Source: a virus
Length of the DNA stretch: 64,000 nucleotides
Virus record (IMG/VR): IMGVR_UViG_3300025871_000005
Span: 12,445 to 76,444 of that record
Reading direction: 5' to 3' (one strand)
Part shown: piece by piece, positions 50,901 through 58,872 of the stretch
How positions within the stretch are numbered: position 1 is the first letter of the stretch
Layout of the letters: the number at the start of each line of letters is the position of its first letter
Position numbers and translations under genes: made by a program
The notes under the pieces: model-generated
Told to the model about the DNA's origin: nothing
Database searches by the model: none
What the model saw: only the letters and a program-made list of their open reading frames with translations

Positions 50901-52217
50901 CTCTGACTTCTTCTTTATGTCATCAAGTGATGAACCATAATTTTTCAATGAGAACACCTGTTTTGCAGTTGCCTCATCAAGACCGGTCTGTTGTGATATC
51001 AATTTCAACTGTTGACGTGAAAATTGTGAACTGTCAACGCCGGCTTCCTTGAAAGACTTTCTCAACATATCAAGTTGTTCAGCTGGATTTTGTGCACTCA
51101 TCATTTTGAATGCATCAACTGTCACACCAAATGATTGAGAAAGGTTTGCTGCTGCCTCTGCTGCACTGTCAAACGTTTCAAATTTTCCAAGTGTTCCAAC
51201 AACCTTATCAAGTTCGACACCCAACTTTTTGGTGTATACAGATGCTTGAGCAATCTCTTTCACTGCCAGTTGACCAAAATTGCCAACATCTTTCATTGCT
51301 TTTCCAACATCACGACCGATGATTTTTTGATCCAAATCAAATGCTCTTCCAAGCCCAAGCGTCTGTTTTGCCAAATCATTGAACACTTTTGACATTGGTT
51401 GGCCCATGGTGATTGCTCTCTGACCAAGACCTTTCATTTCATCCTCTGCAAAACCGAGCGCTTTTTGGTATGCAAGGATTGCTCCACCATTGTCCTCAAA
51501 TTCATTGCGCAACACTTGGAATGTTGGACCCATGCCCTCAGCCATTTTGAGCATATACTCTAAACGTTCAGCAAGATTTCCAAATACACGCCAAGCTGAA
51601 AGACCTGTATCCCTAAAACCAGCAAGGTGTGAAACAGTCATCCTGATCGCTTGTGGCGTTTGGCCTGCAAGATCACCAAATGATTTTCTTATGTTCTCAA
51701 TTGCCTGCAGAAGACTTGAATCACCACCTGAATATTTCACTGCCTCATCAAGCAACCCCTTGTACATCTTGAATGGGATTGAAATGATTGATATTCCCAA
51801 TTTGAATGCTGCACCTGCAACAGTGAACATTGCACTGCCAAGTGAATGCATCATTGCAATTGAACCTGTGAGACCACTCTTCAGACCACTCAATGTTCCA
51901 ATGAACCCACCCAATATAACACCATGCTTTTTGACAGATTGTCCAGCTTTTGTAACAGCCTTCTCAAAATCAGTCATATCATCAATTTGGTCTTCCAATT
52001 TGTCATTGATGTCACCAAGAATTTTTTCATTCAATTCTTTGTTGTTGTCAATGTAATCTTTGAAATCTTTTGAATTCATCTGCTCATGCAATCGTTTCAT
52101 TGCATCAGTCTGTGATGATATGGCTCTTGAAAAATCAGATGCTTCATCAGAGATGTCATTCATAACATCCCTCAATTTGAGCATCATGTCAAGTTGTTCT
52201 TTTTCCTGATTTGCCAT
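47922..52217 (-). CDS. Tail tape measure protein
   Basis: 1431 aa; Ala/Gly-rich helical sequence with hydrophobic segments; position in the tail module. Confidence 0.8.
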   Translation of the reverse strand: MANQEKEQLDMMLKLRDVMNDISDEASDFSRAISSQTDAMKRLHEQMNSKDFKDYIDNNKELNEKILGDINDKLEDQIDDMTDFEKAVTKAGQSVKKHGVILGGFIGTLSGLKSGLTGSIAMMHSLGSAMFTVAGAAFKLGISIISIPFKMYKGLLDEAVKYSGGDSSLLQAIENIRKSFGDLAGQTPQAIRMTVSHLAGFRDTGLSAWRVFGNLAERLEYMLKMAEGMGPTFQVLRNEFEDNGGAILAYQKALGFAEDEMKGLGQRAITMGQPMSKVFNDLAKQTLGLGRAFDLDQKIIGRDVGKAMKDVGNFGQLAVKEIAQASVYTKKLGVELDKVVGTLGKFETFDSAAEAAANLSQSFGVTVDAFKMMSAQNPAEQLDMLRKSFKEAGVDSSQFSRQQLKLISQQTGLDEATAKQVFSLKNYGSSLDDIKKKSEGSEKKTMTQTEAMQNLAASIERLVKSGGDMGPASFFQQFFRGFKVGIVSTREFAVLMRNIRWSLRLTFMEGIKLGREFTRFFPGVHDFLKNLAEMFSPKRIVGFFAYMRSELSGTIHALANGDVTIVQALHNIMSKFRSFMSLEGSTGMKVLESANRFWKNFVKIAKEGMKWAIDQTSEGLKLIAWYLTNPKQLTTPAAGGISKFGSWVFDNVIKPAIDIGKYAWDKLLPPLMNIIQTLIMGVTKRIEGGSFDFVFKALGSTILLKIVANIVTSATSGIVSGALTTAAAAMMGAKGIMGQLFEKVKNVKIPSGSSKGIGEVANAAASTKDLGAAGSEMGKMNIGMIAKGALVVGAVALLVTAIAGLTYLMFKGADPAKLSAIGKYMISMTGVIAGAGLIALEAIALGAIVTNPVGLTFGAAGLAAIGAVVLAISGFAALTLAQIDKIPAGPEFESKTNIFINLMNSIVNLSKEMGSILGALNVSFTDWITGTNYVEKVSQAKKFIEAYIGDDNSGIIGIVKTLITSLRQISVGGAIESAVTSAASIFNSVTQMVVALKPSDEFFKAVREIEFTNRTNKTQSNAISDYIRAQSQQIEQLAEASRGIINTLMNNAAIAQSSGIKPEMFNSISGIFNSVVNLITSLKPSDQLISQLITTETVGEKGKMVEKHLAKFDPKTYESMLTSVLGVFRSGIPELINGVLGSIQGVKLDVNSMQKIDMIGKVLKSATDLINAIKPNEITVQSSGKGPTEILANVSNIDTVLKTFGSGFGDMFMSIKQQINQITTGDFGTITPQNIQMFTNVMNSIKPITDVINVLKGMPTTGGQNVQTQIETMMISLANIAHFGRRLGSAEYGTNNLMKDVVTGANNIKSSGLIPALDGLQKTVDAISRVSKMFDGENVSVDTKLKKIAEGIGIKGKKYEFQIAEGRAQLTVNLTVTMKTDEVEKVILENKQSIIRDRLNFAAEQPVSPTQRLPENLNDYQTAYQTGPITP

Positions 52218-52252
52218 CTTGTGTTATCAATCTTATCTAGGCACACATAATG

Positions 52253-52281
52253 AAAAAGGGCCCACAACTGTGAACCCTTTG
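52253..52281 (-). terminator. Probable terminator
   Basis: aaaggg...cccttt stem followed by T5 on the minus strand. Confidence 0.5.
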
Positions 52282-52301
52282 AATGCAATATGAACTATTT
52301 T

Positions 52302-52541
52302 TCAATCAGCAAGTTCACCATTCTCTCGCCTCAATTCAGCAACCAACTTTGACATTCTCATCAATCGTTCATGTTCTTCAGGACGTTTTCTCCAAACAGA
52401 TCTCACCTCTGAACTGACAGATTGCAAAAGATTGTCAATATTGTGAACTGTTGACATTGTTGCAGTTGCTTGCCAACTTGCCTCTGCAAGTTGAAGTTCT
52501 TCTTTAATAATTTTCTTGAGTTCAGAGATCCGGATTTTCAT
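52302..52541 (-). CDS. Small protein with MKIRISELKKIIKEE leader
   Basis: Likely start ATG 52541 with the same GTTAACAGT-ATG context as 53289 and 54793. Confidence 0.65.
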   Translation of the reverse strand: MKIRISELKKIIKEELQLAEASWQATATMSTVHNIDNLLQSVSSEVRSVWRKRPEEHERLMRMSKLVAELRRENGELAD

Positions 52542-52611
52542 ACTGTTAACATTTCCATGACAATTTATTGACCACACTGAGATATATTTGTCATATCAGA
52601 TTTATGTTTTT

Positions 52612-53289
52612 TCATCGGGTGTATTTTATGATATCATTCATATTTCTAGTTGATAATTTGAATGTCATAAACTTTTTTCCACTAAAATAGTCAATTAAAT
52701 CAACAATTGATTGACCAGGAATGTACGTAAAGTTTACATCCACAGCTGAATATTCAGTATTTTTTGGGTCATCTTTAGAAGTTTTCCAATTTATGTCTGC
52801 TCTAACATTATAATGATTTTCATCAATTTTTGTTGCATAATAAACCTTAACTTTCAATAAATCTGGATTTGTTTTTTCAGTTACTCTTGGCGCAAATTTA
52901 CGTTGTTGTTGAACAGCTTTGATTTTCTTATCTGATCCAAGCAACTCACTCTCACCCCTTGGTGACAATTTCCAAAGTGTTGCTGTTCCTTGTTTACCTG
53001 CAGGAACCAACCAACCTCTGGCAACTAATGATCCTTTATTGAACTTATTATGATCATATGTAGTTGTTGAATAATGTCTGAATGCATCAGAATTCATTTT
53101 CCTGTACTCTTTACCACTCTGAGCCAACCATGCAGTGATGATTTCTTTCTGTGTTGCTGTACCATTGTCTTTCAAAAATTGTGCAACAAATTGTCTAAAT
53201 TCAGTCAATTCATAATCACCCAAATCTTCTTGTGGTATAGACAATGCTTCACTAATAATCTGCCTCAGCTGATTTATTGAAATTTTCAT
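52612..53289 (-). CDS. Leader plus conserved winged-helix-like domain plus unique C-terminal domain (paralog A)
   Basis: About 120 N-terminal aa highly similar to 54026..54793. Confidence 0.65.
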   Translation of the reverse strand: MKISINQLRQIISEALSIPQEDLGDYELTEFRQFVAQFLKDNGTATQKEIITAWLAQSGKEYRKMNSDAFRHYSTTTYDHNKFNKGSLVARGWLVPAGKQGTATLWKLSPRGESELLGSDKKIKAVQQQRKFAPRVTEKTNPDLLKVKVYYATKIDENHYNVRADINWKTSKDDPKNTEYSAVDVNFTYIPGQSIVDLIDYFSGKKFMTFKLSTRNMNDIIKYTR

Positions 53290-53300
53290 ACTGTTAACTA
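52930..53300. repeat. Direct repeat copy 1 (5' part of paralog A)
   Basis: Shares near-identical stretches with 54430..54804, e.g. tcacccttggtgacaatttccaaagtgttgc and about 75 bp with one mismatch at 53161. Confidence 0.85.
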
Positions 53301-53304
53301 TCTT

Positions 53305-54045
53305 TCACAATGGCCACTTAACACCAAGAATGCGTTCAAAATCTCTGGCATCTGCATTCTTTAAGTTCAACTTCTGCATCACACCATGAACAGTCGCTCC
53401 TGGATTGTTCAGTTCATCCTGAAAACGTTTACTTGACATCATTGCATTCATGACTGCATTCACTTCTTGAGGTGTGCCCTTGATCTTGAGATTGAGGGTT
53501 TTTCCTGCCATCCAAAGTGCTATTGATCCAAACAGAAGTTTTCCAAGAAGATTCACTTTCCATTCATTCATCAACACAGGTTCTGTGTTATCATCGATCT
53601 TTTTTGACACTTTCTGTTTCATTCCTTTCAAAAGTTCTTTTGCGTCATTGAGAACATTCACATCCCTAACATTACCAACACTCATAAAAAGTTCAATTGC
53701 TTCATCAAATGGCAATAGTTTAACCTCTGCAGTCTCAAAGTCATGTTCACCCGGTTCACTGAGTGCATCCATCAGAAAGAAATGATTTGTTGAATATTGA
53801 CCAATATACATACCAATGTACCCACCATTGACAATTTTTGCCCTAACACCCAATTCTTCACCAACCTCTCTAATGGCTGCATTCATAAGGCTCTCACCAT
53901 CATCTTGACGGCCTTTTGGAAGTGACCACGAACCCCAAGATCCATCACCAGATGGCAACCTTACATAAACATTAGGCATGCCATCAATATATTTGATGAC
54001 CACGCCACCAGCAGAGATCCATTTGTCAGATAATTTGGTTACCAT
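53305..54045 (-). CDS. Nudix hydrolase fused to a C-terminal domain of unknown function
   Basis: Nudix box GRQDDGESLMNAAIREVGEELGV; SAGGVV; start uncertain (54045-54087). Confidence 0.85.
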   Translation of the reverse strand: MVTKLSDKWISAGGVVIKYIDGMPNVYVRLPSGDGSWGSWSLPKGRQDDGESLMNAAIREVGEELGVRAKIVNGGYIGMYIGQYSTNHFFLMDALSEPGEHDFETAEVKLLPFDEAIELFMSVGNVRDVNVLNDAKELLKGMKQKVSKKIDDNTEPVLMNEWKVNLLGKLLFGSIALWMAGKTLNLKIKGTPQEVNAVMNAMMSSKRFQDELNNPGATVHGVMQKLNLKNADARDFERILGVKWPL

Positions 54046-54793
54046 ACCATTCTTTTGCATGATCTTTTTCTTGTATTTTATTTTCAATAGCGTTTATTTC
54101 ATTATCACTAAAGACATATGGTGGTTCGATCTTTACATCTTTTTCATTAACAATGTCAGTGTAATATAAATCAAATGCTTTTTTCCCCGATATATACGTA
54201 AAATATACGCTAATAGTGGATTTTGTTTTACGATCTACCAATCGTCCACCAACACTGTAATTTTGTACACCAGGTATCTTTTTAAATCCTGGGTTGATAT
54301 CATCTCTTTTTATAGCTGGACGTGCCCAAATTACTTTGAATTCAATATTGCTTCTATCTGTTGCTAAAACATTCTTTATTTCTAAAGCTTCTTTCTCTCC
54401 AGGATCTATTGGCGCTCTTTTTACTTTTTTAAGTGATCCCAACAAGTCTTTTTCACCCCTTGGTGACAATTTCCAAAGTGTTGCAGCCCCCTTCTTACCT
54501 GCAGGGACCAACCAACCTCTGGCAACCAATGATCCTTTATTAAACTTATCATGATCATATGTAGTTGTTGAATATGGACGGAATGCATCACTATGTGTTT
54601 TTCGATCTGCATCTCTACCTTTTAACTCATTCCATGCTGTTGTGATTTGACTTTGTGTTGCTGGACCATTGTCTTTCAAAAATTGTGCAACAAATTGCCT
54701 AAATTCAGTCAATTCATAATCACCCAAATCTTCTTGTGGCACAGATAACGCTTCATTAATTATTGCTCTCAACTGTTCTATTGAAATTTTCAT
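54026..54793 (-). CDS. Leader plus conserved winged-helix-like domain plus unique C-terminal domain (paralog B)
   Basis: MKISIEQLRAIINEAL; N-terminal half homologous to 52612..53289. Confidence 0.65.
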   Translation of the reverse strand: MKISIEQLRAIINEALSVPQEDLGDYELTEFRQFVAQFLKDNGPATQSQITTAWNELKGRDADRKTHSDAFRPYSTTTYDHDKFNKGSLVARGWLVPAGKKGAATLWKLSPRGEKDLLGSLKKVKRAPIDPGEKEALEIKNVLATDRSNIEFKVIWARPAIKRDDINPGFKKIPGVQNYSVGGRLVDRKTKSTISVYFTYISGKKAFDLYYTDIVNEKDVKIEPPYVFSDNEINAIENKIQEKDHAKEWYGNQII

Positions 54794-54804
54794 ACTGTTA
54801 ACTA
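54430..54804. repeat. Direct repeat copy 2 (5' part of paralog B)
   Basis: Matches copy 1 at 52930..53300. Confidence 0.85.
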
Positions 54805-54814
54805 CGTTCTCCAT

Positions 54815-55822
54815 TTATTGTCGACGTTTCCATGACAATTTATTGACTGCAATCTCACCAAACCCAATTGCTTCAACTTCATCAATATATGTTGCTGCGC
54901 CAAAAAGACTGTACAGATTTAGACAATCAAGAAACTTACCTTCATTCTCCTCAAATGGATCTGCACACAATACAACATAATACATGTCAGTCTTATCTGA
55001 ATGTCGACGTGAAAATCTTTCTGCAACATCAATTGATTGTGACCATGAAGAGGCAACATCAATGGGAACAAATTTCATATTGACTTCAGCTTCACCAGAA
55101 TAGCCTGGACTTTTAACATGTTGTCTTAACCAAGCCCCTGAAACCAACATGCCTCTGTAAACAGCATCTGTTTCTGGGCCTCGCAAATAATTCCTATATT
55201 TTCTTGCTTTTAACAGACTTGAGATCTCTTTTGCAACAGAACCAATCATGGGTTCTCCCTTAAAATGTTGTTTTAGATAGTCAACAATCCTTGCCTCAAT
55301 CTCTGTATCCTTTTCTGGCATATCTCTCAGTTCACCAAACGCTATTTTTCCCAAACTACCACCTTTTGGTTCGTCAACTTTTACTTTCAGTACGCCAATC
55401 TGCTGCGCATATGATTTCAACAAATCGTAGAACTTGTTGAACAATGTCTTCAGTTTATATTCAAATTCATCAACAAATGCATTAAAATTGACAAAATTTG
55501 CAATTTTGAAATTGTATTTGATGATATCATTAATCATATCATCTGTTGCAATCCTGTCAACATTGTTCAGAACGCTGAGTTGACTCTTTTCAAAATGTCC
55601 ATTCTGGTCTATCAACAAATTGTTGAACAACAAAAAGATGTCTTCAAAACTTTCAAATTCATCAACATTCTTTTCCAAAAAATCATATAAACTGAGTTTT
55701 GTTGATTTTGTGCCAGCAAGTTGACCGACGTACAAATTTTTACGAAAAACCTGTGAAACAACTGAAGTGATTACATTTCTCATGTGATCATAATCAGCCG
55801 CTGTCAAATCATCAATTTTCAT
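54815..55822 (-). CDS. ADP-ribosyltransferase-like protein, paralog 2, with N-terminal extension
   Basis: LGKIAFG, VYRGM, SSWS, DEVEA. Confidence 0.7.
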   Translation of the reverse strand: MKIDDLTAADYDHMRNVITSVVSQVFRKNLYVGQLAGTKSTKLSLYDFLEKNVDEFESFEDIFLLFNNLLIDQNGHFEKSQLSVLNNVDRIATDDMINDIIKYNFKIANFVNFNAFVDEFEYKLKTLFNKFYDLLKSYAQQIGVLKVKVDEPKGGSLGKIAFGELRDMPEKDTEIEARIVDYLKQHFKGEPMIGSVAKEISSLLKARKYRNYLRGPETDAVYRGMLVSGAWLRQHVKSPGYSGEAEVNMKFVPIDVASSWSQSIDVAERFSRRHSDKTDMYYVVLCADPFEENEGKFLDCLNLYSLFGAATYIDEVEAIGFGEIAVNKLSWKRRQ

Positions 55823-55846
55823 AACACTAAATATACAACAAACAGC

Positions 55847-55868
55847 TTGGGACCCTTGTGGGTCCCAA
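55847..55868 (-). terminator. Hairpin, possible terminator
   Basis: Perfect 9-bp stem ttgggaccc/gggtcccaa; weak U tract. Confidence 0.45.
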
Positions 55869-55871
55869 TGA

Positions 55872-56139
55872 TTATGTAAATCGCCTCAATCTGCTTGGCG
55901 CTTGATCTCTCGCCATTCCCAAAAGTGTTCTCACTTCAGGATCCAATCCTCTTGATTGTGGGCTGTCTGCATTCTGTCCACTATTCAGCTCTCGTTGTGT
56001 CCTGTCAATGAACCATCTCTTGTACCTGACAGGCAATGTGTACACATCATGATAACTGAAGCCACAATGATACATCAACAGGAATGTTGGCTCAAGAATG
56101 ACAGCTTCCCTGTCCTCAGGTTTGAGGCCAAAGAAACTG
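55872..56139 (-). CDS. Tail assembly chaperone 'T' extension, probably reached by frameshift
   Basis: Reading FFGLKPEDREAVILEPTFLLMYHCGFSYHDVYTLPVRYKRWFI in the +1 frame, overlapping the end of 56116..56970. Confidence 0.55.
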
Positions 56140-56970
56140 CGGACCCATCGGGATCTGCACCTCTTCCTCACTGTCACACTCTGGACAACGCACCATCTGC
56201 TCCAACTTGATGCCGGGCTCATTCTCTCTGATGTATGCCCTCAACGCTTTGCTATCCTTGACAGGCATCATCCTGACAAATTCATTCACCCGTTTCCTAT
56301 CATAATCACCATCAATGCTCAGCAAGAGCGTCTGGAGAGATGTTGAAACATTGTTCTCAATCTTTGTTCCCAACTTTTTCAGACTTTCCTTTGCAATGAT
56401 TGCAGTCTCTTCATCAGTTCCAGTCATGAACTTGAATGTGATATTTTTTCCACTTGGGAGTGTGAATGCAAATTCATTCATCCCAGCCTTGACAGGCGCA
56501 ATCTTGATGGGCATAATCTCAAGTGCCCCAAGATCAAAATTCCATTCAAATTTGTGATCACAATGACTGCATGTCAAATTTGCCTCATAGTCTGTGCCAT
56601 AACCGGTTGCCCTGATTGCAACAAGGAGTGCTGTCCTGTCTCCAACAAGAAGTCCTCTGCTCTTTACGTCCTTGTTGATGAGACAGCTGTCAATGAGTTC
56701 ACTGATCACAGTGCCATTCTTGATGAGAGCTTTTGAGGTGAGAATATCCTCTTCCCTCGTTGTCATTGCTCTGATCTGCACTGTCTCTGCTCCACTCAGA
56801 ACACCACTATATGTGCACCCCTTTGATGGGAGAGGAATTTCTTCAACGGGAATATCAATTCCAAATTCTGTCTTTGCCCGCTCCATTTGGCTCTGAACCT
56901 GATATCCCTGCTGTGCAGCCTGTCCTGCATTCATACCAAACACTTGATTTTTTTGTTCACGATCTTCCAT
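56116..56970 (-). CDS. Tail/baseplate assembly chaperone (T4 gp26/gp51-like, 'G')
   Basis: IPLPSKG, IRAMTTREEDIL, LLVGDRTALLVAIR, CSHC, CPEC, FLWP end. Confidence 0.7.
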   Translation of the reverse strand: MEDREQKNQVFGMNAGQAAQQGYQVQSQMERAKTEFGIDIPVEEIPLPSKGCTYSGVLSGAETVQIRAMTTREEDILTSKALIKNGTVISELIDSCLINKDVKSRGLLVGDRTALLVAIRATGYGTDYEANLTCSHCDHKFEWNFDLGALEIMPIKIAPVKAGMNEFAFTLPSGKNITFKFMTGTDEETAIIAKESLKKLGTKIENNVSTSLQTLLLSIDGDYDRKRVNEFVRMMPVKDSKALRAYIRENEPGIKLEQMVRCPECDSEEEVQIPMGPQFLWPQT

Positions 56971-57028
56971 AAACAGTCCTCAGCACATTGTAAACAACTG
57001 TGCACTCTGTGTAAATAGCCCAAAACGC

Positions 57029-57058
57029 AAATTGAGAACCGCGAATGGTTCTCAAAAA
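57029..57058 (-). terminator. Probable terminator
   Basis: 9-bp stem ttgagaacc/ggttctcaa followed by TTT on the minus strand. Confidence 0.5.
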
Positions 57059-57094
57059 GCATTATGTTGTCTTCACATCAATTGTGATGAAAAA

Positions 57095-57445
57095 TCACCA
57101 CTTGGCGCGACTGAATGGCTCTCTGCCAGGCTTCATTCCTCGCCCGCCAGCATTGCTGAATGGATGAGCACCATGCCCTGCTGTCTCAATTCCCAACTTT
57201 TGGGCAACAGCTGCTGCAATTTCATTTGCATCCATATCACCATCAAGATAACTCTTCACCTGACCCCTGATGATTGGATCTGATTTCAGAACCTCAACAA
57301 CATCATCCTTCGGCATACCGAGGGCAGTGATGACAGATGATATGAGTGACTGTTCTGTCCTACCAATTGCTTCCCTGATCAGTTTGCGCAATCTGTGAAG
57401 TTGAACCTCTTCCTTGATGATCTCTTTTAACTGTGACAATTTCAT
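57095..57445 (-). CDS. Small protein with doubled leader motif
   Basis: MKLSQLKEIIKEEVQLHRLRKLIREAIG; TAATTA upstream. Confidence 0.65.
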   Translation of the reverse strand: MKLSQLKEIIKEEVQLHRLRKLIREAIGRTEQSLISSVITALGMPKDDVVEVLKSDPIIRGQVKSYLDGDMDANEIAAAVAQKLGIETAGHGAHPFSNAGGRGMKPGREPFSRAKW

Positions 57446-57471
57446 GTTGCTAATTATCAACTGTCAGCAAA

Positions 57472-58130
57472 TCATGTGAGCGTATACACAAAATTTCCAG
57501 GAATCCAGACTTTCACAACGCCCATTTCATCAGCAACTTCTCTCTCTGATTTGCCCAACCTTTTGTTGGCCCTGAACTTGAACCGGTTCCAAACATTGCA
57601 TCCATTTGTCCACCAAAACTTTGGCCCAGTTTCACTGTGCAATTGCCAACCACATTTTGTGTAATCTGGACATTGTATCAATCTCATGTCTGCATATGTC
57701 ATCAACCCAACCATTCCCTATTCGTGTGACCTTCTTTGAGAGTTCTGGATGTCTTCTCTGAAGATGCTCTCAACTTTTCACAGTTCTCCTTTGTGAGCCC
57801 TCTGTTCCAAACTTTCAGTTCACCACGTTCATGTTTCTCTCTCCTCAGTTTGAGGTTCTTTGCAATCACATCAGGTCTTGCAAATGTACGATCAATCACT
57901 GCATTGTGACCCCTCACATACTCTGACAAATAACCCAATTTCCATGAATTGAATTTCACCCTCCTACCACAACCACATTTGCATAGGGGTGCAACACCAT
58001 CAAGATGTGTATCAATGTAGAACTGTTCACTGTCTGTGATGTTGTGCTCATCGGCAATGTGTTCAACAAATCTCTTCTCTTGTCCAAAATCTTTCCCACA
58101 GATTGGACATACAACTCTCAAATTTTTCAT
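57472..58130 (-). pseudogene. Internally deleted, frame-broken paralog of the endonuclease at 58873
   Basis: Zn finger, CKCGCG and WNRGLTKE in one frame; FWWT...RFKFRA...VVKVW in another; nuclease core absent. Confidence 0.65.
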
Positions 58131-58258
58131 ACTTCCACACTAATCGCCAATTCTTTTCCACAATTGTAAGGCTTTTGTGGTGTGATGTACACAAAACAAT
58201 GGGACCAAGATCTGCTATGATCTGTGATCCCAATGATTGTTTTATGTTGAGAGATATC

Positions 58259-58747
58259 TCAGAATTGGAGTATTGCGTTATCGTACCTGAGTGTAAGGTT
58301 GATTTCGCTCAGTTCTGAAGAACTGTAATCCAGACCACCAAAATCTGCATCTTTGATCCAGGCACCGGTGATATTCCATAGCTCGATACATGTACCCACA
58401 GGATCTAAAAGTTTAAGATCAATATCTCGCTTGTAGAAGTCAACATAGCCTGACCTACCTGAGACACTCTCATAGTGAAGTCTGATCCATTCCATGACCT
58501 GCTGAGCCCCTGATGGTGCAAGTGGATCGTGGAGTGAGATCTGCATCTCACCAAATGTTGTTTTACCGCCAACATAGCGGGTTGTGTTGATCCAGTGCAA
58601 TGTCTGCTCTTCAGTGCTGATCTTGGGACGAGCTGCCTTTTTCAGTATGTATGCATCAATTCCCTCTATCATCATTATCCAGCGGAATTGTTTTTTGGGT
58701 TCAAACTTGGGTGAAATCATGTCCGATACGTTGAGTGTTTCTGCCAT
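58259..58747 (-). CDS. Tail tube protein (T4 gp19-like)
   Basis: FEPKKQFRWIM, YVGGKTTF, MEWIR, YKRDIDLKLLDPVG, LTLRYD. Confidence 0.88.
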   Translation of the reverse strand: MAETLNVSDMISPKFEPKKQFRWIMMIEGIDAYILKKAARPKISTEEQTLHWINTTRYVGGKTTFGEMQISLHDPLAPSGAQQVMEWIRLHYESVSGRSGYVDFYKRDIDLKLLDPVGTCIELWNITGAWIKDADFGGLDYSSSELSEINLTLRYDNAILQF

Positions 58748-58872
58748 TATGCTATCCTATCCTTCTAATCCTAATGGATTATGAACAATAACTAACACGC
58801 TTGAAAATTTTGTATTCCAAAATAGTGAACAATTTAGCAAAATTTTATACTTTGAGATAAAGGAATATAAAC

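Noticed and set aside
52612-54793. Diversity-generating retroelement (template/variable repeat pair)
   Set aside because: No reverse transcriptase in the window, differences are not adenine-specific, and the repeat is at the 5' ends of both coding genes.
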